From Paragordius varius (lineage: Eukaryota > Animalia > Nematomorpha): 64,000 nt of DNA. The notes beneath the pieces were generated by a model, which worked only from the letters and a program-made list of their open reading frames with translations, had not been told where the DNA came from and ran no database searches. How positions within the stretch are numbered: the stretch's first letter is position 1; each line of letters starts with the position of its first letter. A program made the translations under genes and the position numbers. Shown here piece by piece: positions 50,701 to 64,000 of this stretch. The DNA lies in assembly GCA_964247055.1 (NCBI GenBank), contig OZ176058.1, forward strand, positions 3,720,001 through 3,784,000, read 5' to 3'.

Positions 50701-53700
50701 TGTTGAAAATATATATTTGATTGTTGGAACAATAAAAAGCTATTGGGCAACATATTTTGATTGTTGGAAAAATTATTTTATTGTTGAAAATATAGTTTGA
50801 TATTGGAAAAATTAAAAGGTAAAAAACATAATTTAATTGTTGGAAAATATTTGATTGTGCAAATATATGTTTGATTGTTGGAAACACTAAAAAGCTATTA
50901 GGCATCATATTTTGATTGTTATAAAAATTATTTGATTGTTGAAAATATATATTTAATTGTTGGCAACACTAAAAAGCTATTGGGCAACATATCTTGATTG
51001 TTGGAGAAATTATTTGATTGTTGAAAATATATGTTTGATTGTTGGAAACACTAAAAAGTTAAAAGACAACATAATTTGATTGTTGAAAAAATATGTTTGA
51101 TTGTTGGAAACACTAAAAAACTATTGGGCAACATATTTTGATTGTTGGAAAAATTATTTGATTGTTAAAAATATATGTTTGAATGTTGGAATCACTAAAT
51201 AGTTAAATAACAACTTATTTGATTGTTGAATAAATTATTTGATTGTTGAAAATATATGTTTGATTGTTGGAAACAATAAAAAGCTATTGGGCAACATATT
51301 TTGATTGTTGGAAAAATTATTTGATTGTTGAAAATATATGTTGATTGTTGGAAACACTAAAAAGTTAAAAAAACATAATTTAATTGTTGGAAAATATTTG
51401 ATTGTGCAAATATATGTTTGATTGTTGGAAACACTAAAAAGCTATTAGGCATCATATTTTGATTGTTATAAAAATTATTTGATTGCTGAAAATATATATT
51501 TGATTGTTGGAAACAGTAAAAAGCCATTGGGCAACATATTTTGATTGTTGGAAAATTTTTTTTATTGTTGAAAATATATGTTTAATTGTTGGAAATACTA
51601 AAAAGCTGTTGGGCAACATATTTTGATTGTTGGAAAAATTATTTTATTGTTGAAAATATATGTTGATTGTTGGAAACACTAAAAAGTTCAAAAACATAAT
51701 TTAATTGTTGGAAAATATTTGATTGTGCAAATATATGTTTGATTGGTGGAAACACTAAAAAGCAATTGGGCAACATATTTTGATTGTTTGGAAATTATTT
51801 GATTGTTGAAAATATATGTTGATTGTTGGAAACACTAAAAAGTTAAAAAAACATAATTTAATTGTTGGAAAATATTTGATTGTGCAAATATATGTTTGAT
51901 TGTTGGAAACACTAAAAAGCTATTAGGCATCATATTTTGATTGTTATAAAAATTATTTGATTGCTGAAAATATATATTTGATTGTTGGAAACAGTAAAAA
52001 GCCATTGGGCAACATATTTTGATTGTTGGAAAATTTTTTTTATTGTTGAAAATATATGTTTAATTGTTGGAAATACTAAAAAGCTGTTGGGCAACATATT
52101 TTGATTGTTGGAAAAATTATTTTATTGTTGAAAATATATGTTGATTGTTGGAAACACTAAAAAGTTAAAAAAACATAATTTAATTGTTGGAAAATATTTG
52201 ATTGTGCAAATATATGTTTGATTGTTGGAAACACTAAAAAGCTATTAGGCATCATATTTTGATTGTTATAAAAATTATTTGATTGTTGAAAATATATATT
52301 TGATTGTTGGAACAATAAAAAGCTATTGGGCAACATATTTTGATTGTTGGAAAAATTATTTTATTGTTGAAAATATAGTTTGATATTGGAAACACTAAAA
52401 AGTTAAAAAACATAATTTAATTGTTGGAAAATATTTGATTGTGCAAATATATGTTTGATTGTTGGAAACACTAAAAAGCTATTAGGCATCATATTTTGAT
52501 TGTTATAAAAATTATTTGATTGTTGAAAATATATATTTAATTGTTGGCAACACTAAAAAGCTATTGGGCAACATATCTTGATTGTTGGAGAAATTATTTG
52601 ATTGTTGAAAATATATGTTTGATTGTTGGAAACACTAAAAAGTTAAAAGACAACATAATTTGATTGTTGAAAAAATATGTTTGATTGTTGGAAACACTAA
52701 AAAACTATTGGGCAACATATTTTGATTGTTGGAAAAATTATTTGATTGTTAAAAATATATGTTTGAATGTTGGAATCACTAAATAGTTAAATAACAACTT
52801 ATTTGATTGTTGAATAAATTATTTGATTGTTGAAAATATATGTTTGATTGTTGGAAACAATAAAAAGCTATTGGGCAACATATTTTGATTGTTGGAAAAA
52901 TTATTTGATTGTTGAAAAAATATGTTTAATTGTTGGAAACACTAAAAAGCTGTTGGGCAACATATTTTGATTGTTTGAAAAATTATTTGATTGTTGAAAA
53001 TATATGTTTGATTGTTGGAAACACTAAAAAGCAATTGGGCAACATATTTTAATTATTTGATTGTTGAAAATATATGTTTTATTGTTGGAAACAATAAAAA
53101 GCTATTGGGCAACATATTTTGTTTGTTGGAAAATTATTTGATTGTTGAAAATATATGTTTGATTGTCGGAAACACTAAAAAGTTCAAAACCATAATTTAA
53201 TTTTTGGAAAATATTTGATTGTGAAAATATATGATTCATTGTTGGAAACACTAAAAGGCTATTGGGCAACATATTTTGATTGTTGGAGAAATTATTTGAT
53301 TGTTGAAAATAAATGTTTGATTGTTGGAATCACTAAATAGTTAAAAGACAACATATTTGATTGTTGAATAAATTATTTGATTGTTGAAAAAATATGTTTG
53401 ATTGTTGGAAACACTAAAAAACTATTGGGCAACATATTTTGATTGTTGGAAAAATTATTTGATTGTTGAAAATAAATGTTTGATTGTTGGAAACACTAAA
53501 AAGTTAAAAGAAAACATATTTTGATTGTTGGAAAAATTATTTGATTGTTGAAAATATATGTTTGATTGTTGGAATCACTAAATAGTTAAAAGAAAACATA
53601 TTTGATTGTTGAATAAATTATTTGATTGTTGAAAATATATGTTTGATTGTTGGAAACACTAAAAAGCTATTGGGCAAGATATTTTAATTGATGGAAAAAT

Positions 53701-56700
53701 TATTTGATTGTTGAAAATGTATGTTTGATTGTTGGATACAATAAAAAGCTATTGGACAACATATTTTGATTGTTGGAAAAATTATTTGATTGTTGAAAAT
53801 ATATGTTTGATTGTTGGATACAATAAAAAGCTATTGGACAACATATTTTGATTGTTGGAAAAATTATTTGATTGTTGAAAATATATGTTTGATTGTTGGA
53901 AACACTAAAAAGTTATTGGGTATCATATTTTGATTGTTGGAGAAATTATTTGATTTTTTAAAATATATGTTTGATTGTTGTAAACACTAAAAAGTTAAAA
54001 GACAACATAATTTGATTGTTGAAAAAATTATTTGATTGGTGATATGTTTGAAAGTTGGAAATACTAAACAGATATCAGGAAACATATTTTGATTATTATA
54101 AAAATTATTTTTAAGAAAATATATGTTTGAATGTTGGAAACACTAAAAAACTATGGGGCAACATATTTTGATTGTTGGAAAAAATTTTTAATTGTTGAAA
54201 GTATATGTTTGATTGTTGGAAACACTAAAATGTTAACAGACAATATATTTTGATTTTTGGAAAAATTATTTATTGTTGAAAATTTATGATTGATTGTTGA
54301 AAACACTAAAAAGCTATGGGGCAACATATTTTGATTGTTGAAAAAATTATTTGATGTTAAAAAAATATGTTTGATTGTTGGAAACACTAAAAAACTATTG
54401 GCCAACATATTTTGATTGTTGGAAAAATTATTTGATTGTTGAAAATATGGAAACAATAAAAAGCTATTGGGCAACATATTTTGATTGTTGGAAAAGTTAT
54501 TTGATTGTTGAAAATATATGTTTAATTGTTTTAAACACTAAAAAGTTAAAAAACATAATTTAATTGTTGAAAAATATTTGATTGTGCAAATATATGTTTA
54601 ATTGTTGGAAACATTAAAAAGTTATTGGGCATCATATTTTGATTGTTGGAGAAATTATTTGATTTTTTAAAATATATGTTTGATTGTTGTAAACAATAAA
54701 AAGTTAAAAGACAACATAATTTGATTGTTGAAAAAATTATTTGATTGGTGCAAATATATGTTTGATTGTTGGAAACACTAAAAATTTAAAAAACATAATT
54801 TCATTGTTGGAAAAATTATTTCATTGTTGAAAATATATGTTTGATTGTTGGAAATACTAAACAGATATCAGGAAACATATTTTGATTATTGGAAAAATTA
54901 TTTGATTAAGAAAATATATGTTTGAATGTTGGAAACACTAAAAAACTATGGGGCAACATATTTTGATTGTTGGAAAAAATTTTTAATTGTTGAAAGTATA
55001 TGTTTGATTGTTGGAAACACTAAAATGTTAACAGACAATATATTTTGATTTTTGGAAAAATTATTTATTGTTGAAAATTTATGATTGATTGTTGAAAACA
55101 CTAAAAAGCTATGGGGCAACATATTTTGATTGTTGAAAAAATTATTTGATGTTGAAAAAATATGTTTGATTGTTGGAAACACTAAAAAACTATTGGCCAA
55201 CATATTTTGATTGTTGGAAAATTATTTGATTGTTGAAAATATGGAAACAATAAAATGCTAATGGGCAACATAATTTGATTGTTGGAAAAATTCTTTGATT
55301 GTTGAAAATATATGTTTAATTGTTAGAAAAACTAAAAAGCTGTTAGGCAACATATTTTGATTGTTTGAAAAATTATTTGATTGTTGAAAATATATGTTTG
55401 ATTGTTTGAAACACTAAAAAGTTAAAAAACATAATTTAATTGTTGGAAAATATTTGATTGTGAAAAAATATGTTTGATTGTTGGTAACACTAAAAAGCTA
55501 TTGGGCAACAGATTTTGATTATTTGATTGTTGAAAATATATGTTTGATTGTTGGAAACAATAAAAAGCTATTAAGCAACATATTTTGTTTGTTGGAAAAT
55601 TATTTGATTGTTGAAAATATATGTTTGATTGTTGGAAACACTAAAAAGCAATTGAGCAACATATTTTGATTATTTGATTCTTGAAAATATATGTTTTATT
55701 GTTGTAAACAATAAAAAGCTATTGGGCAACATATTTTGTTTGTTGGAAAATTATTTGATTGTTGAAAATATATGTTTGATTGTCGGAAACACTAAAAAGT
55801 TCAAAAACATAATTTAATTGTTGGAAAATATTTGATTGTGAAAATATATGTTTCATTGTTGGAAACACTAAAAGGCTATTGGGCAACATTTGATTGTTGG
55901 AGAAATTATTTGATTGTTCAAAATATATGTTTGATTGTTGGAAACACTAAAAAGTTAAAAGACAACATAATTTGATTGTTGAAAAAATTATTTGATTGTT
56001 GAAAAAATATGTTTGATTGTTGGAAACACAAAAACTATTGGGCAACATATTTTGATTGTTGGAAAAATTATTTGATTGTTGAAAATATATGTTTGATTGT
56101 TGGAATCACTAAATAGTTAAAAGACAACATATTTGATTGTTGAATAAATTATTTGATTGTTGAAAATATATGTTTGATTGTTAGAAACACTAAAAAGCTA
56201 TTGGGCAAGATATTTTAATTGATGGAAAAATTATTTGATTGTTGAAAATATATGTTTGATTGTTGGATACAATAAAAAGCTATTGGACAACATATTTTGT
56301 TTGTTGGAAAAATTATTTGATTGTTGAAAATATATGTTTGATTGTTGGATACAATAAAAAGCTATTGGACAACATATTTTGATATATGGATAATTATTTG
56401 ATTGTTGAAAATATATGTTTGATTGTTGGAAACAATAAAAAGCTATTGGGCATCATATTTTGATTGTTGGAGAAATTATTTGATTTTTTAAAATAAATGT
56501 TTGATTGTTGTAAACACTAAAAAGTTAAAAGACAACATAATTTGATTGTTGAAAAAATTATTTGATTGGTGCAAATATATGTTTGATTGTTGGAAACACT
56601 AAAAATTTAAAAAACATTATTTCATTGTTGGAAAAATTATTTCATTGTTGAAAATATATGTTTGATTGTTGGAAATACTAAACCGATATCAGGAAACATA

Positions 56701-59700
56701 TTTTGATTATTGGAAAAATTATTTGATTAAGAAAATATATGTTTGAATATTGGAAACACTAAAAAACTATGGGGCAACATATTTTGATTGTTGGAAAAAA
56801 TTTTTAATTGTTGAAAGTATATGTTTGATTGTTGGAAACACTAAAATGTTAACAGACAATATATTTTGATTTTTGGAAAAATTATTTATTGTTGAAAATT
56901 TATGATTGATTGTCTAAAACACTAAAAAGCTATTGGGCAACATATTTTGATTGTTGGAAAAATTATTTGATTGTTGAAAATAAATGTTTGATTGTTGGAA
57001 ACAATAAAAAGCTATTGGGCAACATATTTTGATTGTTGGAAAAATTATTTGATTGTTAAAAATATATGTTTGATCGTTGGAAACAATAAAAAGCTATTGG
57101 GCAACATATTTTGACTGTTGGAAAAATTATTTGATTGTGCAAATATATGTTTGATTGTTGGAAACAATAAAAAGCTATTGGGCAACATATTTTGACTGTT
57201 GGAAAAATTATTTGATTGTGCAAATATATGTATGAGTGTTGGAAACACTAAAAAGCTATTGGGCATCATATTTTGATTGTTGAAGAAATTATTTGATTGT
57301 TGAAAATATATGTTTGATTGTTGGTAACACTAAAAAGCTATTGGGCAACAGATTTTGATTATTTGATTGTTGAAAATATATGTTTTATTGTTGGAAACAA
57401 TAAAAAGCTATTGGGCAACATATTTTGTTTGTTGGAAAATTATTTGATTGTTGAAAATATATGTTTGATTGTCGGAAACACTAAAAAGTTCAAAAACATA
57501 ATTTAATTGTTGGAAAATATTTGATTGTGAAAATATATGTATCATTGTTGGAAACACTAAAAGGCTATTGGGCAACATATTTTGATTGTTGGAGAAATTA
57601 TTTGATTGTTCAAAATATATGTTTGATTGTTGGAAACACTAAAAAGTTAAAAGACAACATAATTTGATTGTTGAAAAAATTATTTGATTGTTGAAAATAT
57701 ATGTTTGATTGTTAGAAACACTAAAAAGTTAAAAAACATAATTTAATTGTTGGAAAATATTTGATTGTGAAAAAATATGTTTGATTGTTGGTAACACTAA
57801 AAAGCTATTGGGCAACAGATTTTGATTATTTGATTGTTGAAAATATATGTTTGATTGTTGGAAACAATAAAAAGCTATTAAGCAACATATTTTGTTTGTT
57901 GGAAAATTATTTGATTGTTGAAAATATATGTTTGATTGTTGGAAACACTAAAAAGCAATTGGGCAACATATTTTGATTATTTGATTGTTGAAAATATATG
58001 TTTTATTGTTGGAAACAATAAAAAGCTATTGGGCAACATATTTTGTTTGTTGGAAAATTTTTTGATTGTTGAAAATATATGTTTGATTGTCGGAAACACT
58101 AAAAAGTTCAAAAACATAATTTAATTGTTGGAAAATATTTGATTGTGAAAATATATGTTTCATTGTTGGAAACACTAAAAGGCTATTGGGCAACATATTT
58201 TGATTGTTGGAGAAATTATTCGATTGTTCAAAATATATGTTTGATTGTTGGAAACACTAAAAAGTTAAAAGACAACATAATTTGATTGTTGAAAAAATTA
58301 TTTGATTGTTGAAAAAATATGTTTGATTGTTGGAAACACTAAAAAACTATTGGGCAACATATTTTGATTGTTGGAAAAATTATTTGATTGTTGAAAATAA
58401 ATGTTTGATTGTTGGAAACACTAAAAAGTTAAAAGAAAACATATTTTGATTGTTGGAAAAATTATTTGATTTTTGAAAATATATGTTTGATTGTTGGAAT
58501 CACTAAATAGTTAAAAGACAACATATTTGATTGTTGAATAAATTATTTGATTGTTGAAAATATATGTTTGATTGTTGGAAACACTAAAAAGCTAGCAAGA
58601 TATTTTAATTGATGGAAAAATTATTTGATTGTTGAAAATATATGTTTGATTGTTGGATACAATAAAAAGCTATTGGACAACATATTTTGATTGTTGGAAA
58701 AGTTATTTGATTGTTGAAAATATATGTTTAATTGTTGGAAACACTAAAAAGTTAAAAAACATAATTTAATTGTTGGAAAATATTTGATTGTGCAAATATA
58801 TGTTTAATTGTTGGAAACACTAAAAAGTTATTGGGCATCATATTTTGATTGTTGGAGAAATTATTTGATTTTTTAAAATATATGTTTGATTGTTGTAAAC
58901 ACTAAAAAGTTAAAAGACAACATAATTTGATTGTTGAAAAAATTATTTGATTGGTGCAAATATATGTTTGATTGTTGGAAACACTAAAAATTTAAAAAAC
59001 ATAATTTCATTGTTGGAAAAATTATTTCATTGTTGAAAATATATGTTTGATTGTTGGAAATACTAAACAGATATCAGGAAACATATTTTGATTATTGGAA
59101 AAATTATTTGATTAAGAAAATATATGTTTGAATGTTGGAAACACTAAAAAACTATGGGGCAACATATTTTGATTGTTGCAAAAAAATTTTAATTGTTGAA
59201 AGTATATGTTTGATTGTTGGAAACACTAAAATGTTAACAGACAATATATTTTGATTTTTGGAAAAATTATTTATTGTTGAAAATTTATGATTGATTGTTG
59301 AAAACACTAAAAAGATATGGGGCAACATATTTTGATTGTTGGAAAAATTATTTGATCGTTGAAAATATATGTTTGATTGTTGGAAACACTAAAAAGTTAA
59401 AAGAAAACATATTTTGATTGTTGAAAAAATTATTTGATGTTGAAAAAATATGTTTTATTGTTGGAAACACTAAAAAACTATTGGCCAACATATTTTGATT
59501 GTTGGAAAAATTATTTGATTGTTGAAAATATGGAAACAATAAAAAGCTAATGGGCAACATAATTTGATTGTTGGAAAAATGCTTTGATTGTTGAAAATAT
59601 ATGTTTAATTGTTAGAAAAACTAAAAAGCTGTTAGGCAACATATTTTGATTGTTTGAAAAATTATTTGATTGTTGAAAATATATGTTTGATTGTTAGAAA

Positions 59701-62700
59701 CACTAAAAAGTTAAAAAACATAATTTAATTGTTGGAAAATATTTGATTGTGAAAATATATGTTTGATTGTTGGTAACACTAAAAAGCTATTGCGCAACAG
59801 ATTTTGATTATTTGATTGTTGAAAATATATGTTTGATTGTTGGAAACAATAAAAAGCCATTAAGCAACATATTTTGTTTGTTGGAAAATTATTTGATTGT
59901 TGAAAATATATGTTTGATTGTTGGAAACACTAAAAAGCTATTGGGCAACATATTTTGATTGTTGGAGAAATTATTTGATTGTTGAAAATATATGTTTGAT
60001 TGTTGGAAACACTAAAAAGTTAAAAGACAACATAATTTGATTGTTGAAAAAATATGTTTGATTGTTGGAAACACAAAAAAACTATTGGGCAACATATTTT
60101 GATTGTTGGAAAAATTATTTGATTGTTGAAAATATATGTTTGAATGTTGGAATCACTAAATAGTTAAAAGACAACTTATTTGATTGTGAAAATATATGTT
60201 TGATTGTTGGTAACACTAAAAAGCTATTGCGCAACAGATTTTGATTTATTGATTGTTGAAAATATATGTTTGATTGTTGGAAACAATAAAAAGCTATTAA
60301 GCAACATATTTTGTTTGTTGGAAAATTATTTGATTGTTGAAAATATATGTTTGATTGTTGGAAACAATAAAAAGCTATTGGGCAAAATATTTTGATTGTT
60401 GGAAAAATTATTTGATTGTTGAAAAAATATGTTTAATTGTTGGAAACACTAAAAAGCTGTTGGGCAACATATTTTGATTGTTTGAAAAATTATTTGATTG
60501 TTGAAAATATATGTTTGATTGTTGGAAACACTAAAAAGTTCAAAAACATAATTTAATTGTTGGAAAATATTTGATTGTGAAAATATATGTTTCATTGTTG
60601 GAAACACTAAAAGGCTATTGGGCAACATATTTTGATTGTTGGAGAAATTATTTGATTGTTGAAAATATATGTTTGATTGTTGGAAACACTAAAAATTTAA
60701 AAAACATAATTTGATTGTTGGAAAAATTATTTCATTGTTGAAAATATATGTTTGATTGTTGGAAATACTAAACAGATATCAGGAAACATATTTTGATTAT
60801 TGGAAAAATTATTTGATTAAGAAAATATATGTTTAATTGTTGGAAACACTAAAAAGTTAAAAAACATAATTTAATTGTTGGAAAATATTTGATTGTGCAA
60901 GTATATGTTTGATTGTTGGAAACACTAAAATGTTAACAGACAATATATTTTGATTTTTGGAAAAATTATTTATTGTTGAAAATTTATGATTGATTGTTGA
61001 AAACACTAAAAAGATATGGGGCAACATATTTTGATTGTTGGAAAAATTATTTGATCGTTGAAAATATATGTTTGATTGTTGGAAACACTAAAAAGTTAAA
61101 AGAAAACATATTTTGATTGTTGAAAAAATTATTTGATGTTGAAAAAATATGTTTTATTGTTGGAAACACTAAAAAACTATTGGCCAACATATTTTGATTG
61201 TTGGAAAAATTATTTGATTGTCGAAAATATGGAAACAATAAAAAGCTATTGGACAACATATTTTGATATATGGATAATTATTTGATTGTTGAAAATATAT
61301 GTTTAATTGTTGAAAACACTAAAAAGTTATTGGGCATCATATTTTGATTGTTGGAGAAATTATTTGATTTTTTAAAATATATGTTTGATTGGTGTAAACA
61401 CTAAAAAGTTTAAAGACAACATAATTTGATTGTTGAAAAAATTATTTGATTAGTGCAAATATATGTTTGATTGTTGGAAACACTAAAAATTTAAAAAACA
61501 TAATTTGATTGTTGGAAAAATTATTTAATTTATGAAAATATATGTTTGATTGTTGGAAATACTAAACAGATATCAGGAAACATATTTTGATTATTGGAAA
61601 AATTATTTGATTAAGAAAATATATGTTTGATTGTCGGAAACACTAAAAAGTTCAAAAACATAATTTAATTGTTGGAAAATATTTGATAACATATTTTGAT
61701 TGTTGGAGAAATTATTTGATTGTTCAAAATATATGTTTGATTGTTGGAAACACTAAAAAGCTATTGGGCAAGATATTTTAATTGATGGAAAAATTATTTG
61801 ATTGTTGAAAATATATGTTTGATTGTTGGATACAATAAAAAGCTATTGGACAACATATTTTGATTGTTGGAAAAATTATTTGATTGTTGAAAAAATATGT
61901 TTAATTGTTGGAAACACTAAAAAGCTGTTGGGCAACATATTTTGATTGTTTGAAAAATTATTTGATTGTTGAAAATATATGTTTGATTGTTGGAAACACT
62001 AAAAAGCAATTGGGCAACATATTTTGATTATATGATTGTTGAAAATATATGTTTGATTGTTGGAAACAATGAAAAGCTATTGCGCAACATATTTTGTTTG
62101 TTGGAAAATTATTTGATTGTTGAAAATATATGTTTGATTGTCGGAAACACTAAAAAGTTCAAAAACATAATTTAATTGTTGGAAAATATTTGATTGTGAA
62201 AATATATGTTTCATTGTTGGAAACACTAAAAGGCTAATGGGCAACATATTTTGATTGTTGGAAAAATTATTTGATTGTTGAAAATATATGTTTGAATGTT
62301 GGAATCACTAAATAGTAAAAGACAACTTATTTGATTGTTGAATAAATTATTTGATTGATGAAAATATATGTTTGATTGTTGGAAACAATAAAAAGCTATT
62401 GGGCAACAAATTTTGATTGTTGGAAAAATTATTTGATTGTTGAAAAAATATGTTTAATTGTAGGAAACACTAAAAAGCTGTTGGGCAACATATTTTGATT
62501 GTTTGAAAAATTTGATTGTTGAAAATATATGTTTGATTGTTGGAAACACTAAAAAGCAATTGTACAACATATTTTGATTATTTGATTGTTGAAAATATAT
62601 GTTTGATTGTTGGAAACAATAAAAAGCTATTGCGCAACATATTTTGTTTGTTGGAAAATTATTTGATTGTTGAAAATATATGTTTGATTGTTGGAAACAC

Positions 62701-64000
62701 TAAAAAGCTATTGGGCAACATATTTTGATTGTTGGAAAAATTATTTGATTCTTGAAAATAAATGTTTGATTGTTTGAAACAATAAAAAGCTATTGGGCAA
62801 CATATTTTGATTGTTGGAAAAATTATTTGATTGTTAAAAATATATGTTTGATTGTTGGAAACAATAAAAAGCTATTGGGCAACATATTTTGACTGTTGGA
62901 AAAATTATTTGATTGTGCAAATATATGTATGAGTGTTGGAAACACTAAAAAGCTATTGGGCATCATATTTTGATTGTTGAAGAAATTATTTGATTGTTGA
63001 AAATATATGTTTGATTGTTGGAAGCACTAAAAAGCTAAAAGACAACATAATTTGATTGTTGAAAAAATATGTTTGATTGTTGGAAACACTAAAAAACTAT
63101 TTATTGGGCAACATATTTTGATTGTTGGAAAAATTATTTGATTGTTGAAAATATATGTTTGAATGTTGGAATCACTAAATAGTTAAAAGACAACTTATTT
63201 GATTGTTGAATAAATTATTTGATTGTTGAAAATATATGTTTGATTGTTGGAAACAATAAAAAGCAATTGGGCAACATATTTTAATTGTTTGAAAAATTAT
63301 TTGATTGTTGAAAATATATGTTTGATTGTTTGAAACAATAAAAAGCTATTGGGCAACATAGTGTGATTGTTGGAAAAATTATTTGATTGTTAAAAATATA
63401 TGTTTGATTGTTGGAAACAATAAAAAGCTATTGGGCAACATATTTTGACTGTTGGAAAAATTATTTGATTCAAATATATGTATGAGTGTTGGAAACACTA
63501 AAAAGCTATTGGGAATCATATTTTGATTGTAGAAGAAATTATTTGATTGTTGAAAATATATGTTTGTTGGAAACATTAAAAAGCTATTGGGCAACATATT
63601 TTGATTGTTGGAGAAATTATTTGATTGTTGAAAATATATCTTTGATTGTTGGAAACAATAAATAGCTATTGGGCAACATATTTTGACTGTTGGAAAAATT
63701 ATTTGATTCAAATATATGTATGAGTGTTGGAAACACTAAAAAGCTATTGGGCATCATATTTTGATTGTTGAAGAAATTATTTGATTGTTGAAAATATATG
63801 TTTGATTGTTGGAAACACTAAAAAGTTAAAAGACAACATAATTTGATTGTTGAAAAAATATGTTTGATTGTTGGAAACACTAAAAAACTATTGGGCAACA
63901 TATTTTGATTGTTGGAAAAATTATTTGATTGTTGAAAATATATGTTTGAATGTTGGAATCACTAAATAGTTAAAAGACAACTTATTTGATTGTTGAATAA
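47708..64000. repeat. Satellite DNA array (>16 kb, runs off the window), ~82-bp monomer
   Basis: Consensus approximates aaaatatatgtttgattgttggaaacactaaaaagctattgggcaacatattttgattgttggaaaaattatttgattgttg. Each monomer has three TTGATTGTTG cores and a variable central segment. Confidence 0.97.

Noticed and set aside
48633-63711. About 20 short ORFs in the satellite (e.g. MLETLKSYWATYFD..., MLPNSFLVFPTIKHIF...)
   Set aside because: These are translations of the repeat monomer, mostly from TTG starts, interrupted by frequent stops, with no gene structure.
47708-64000. CRISPR-like appearance (recurrent ...ATTGTTGGAAAC ends separated by variable sequence)
   Set aside because: The intervening sequences are a few recurring variants, not unique spacers. 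There are no cas genes or leader, and the context is eukaryotic. It is a satellite.

Overview
Very AT-rich, intron-containing eukaryotic DNA, probably from an invertebrate animal (inferred from the TE types; the organism cannot be identified from this window). It has three parts. (1) 1-1059 is the end of a long low-complexity coding exon. (2) ~1.8-47.7 kb is a TE-rich tandem segmental duplication. It carries three minus-strand copies of a small, divergent profilin-like gene: copy A looks intact (129 aa), copy B has a shifted splice donor, and copy C is a pseudogene. It also contains hAT elements (one with a decayed Buster/Charlie-like transposase), CACTA-terminated MITEs with TWA target duplications, Tc1/mariner-like MITEs, a foldback element, a tRNA-derived SINE and an old inverted duplication of exon-like DNA. 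Three insertions are confirmed by empty sites in the paralogous segments. (3) 47,708-64,000 is a ~82-bp satellite array with higher-order structure that begins abruptly and truncates the third duplication unit. Nearly all short ORFs in the supplied track are artefacts. All alignments and identity figures were done by eye and are approximate. No prokaryotic-type system or CRISPR array is supported.
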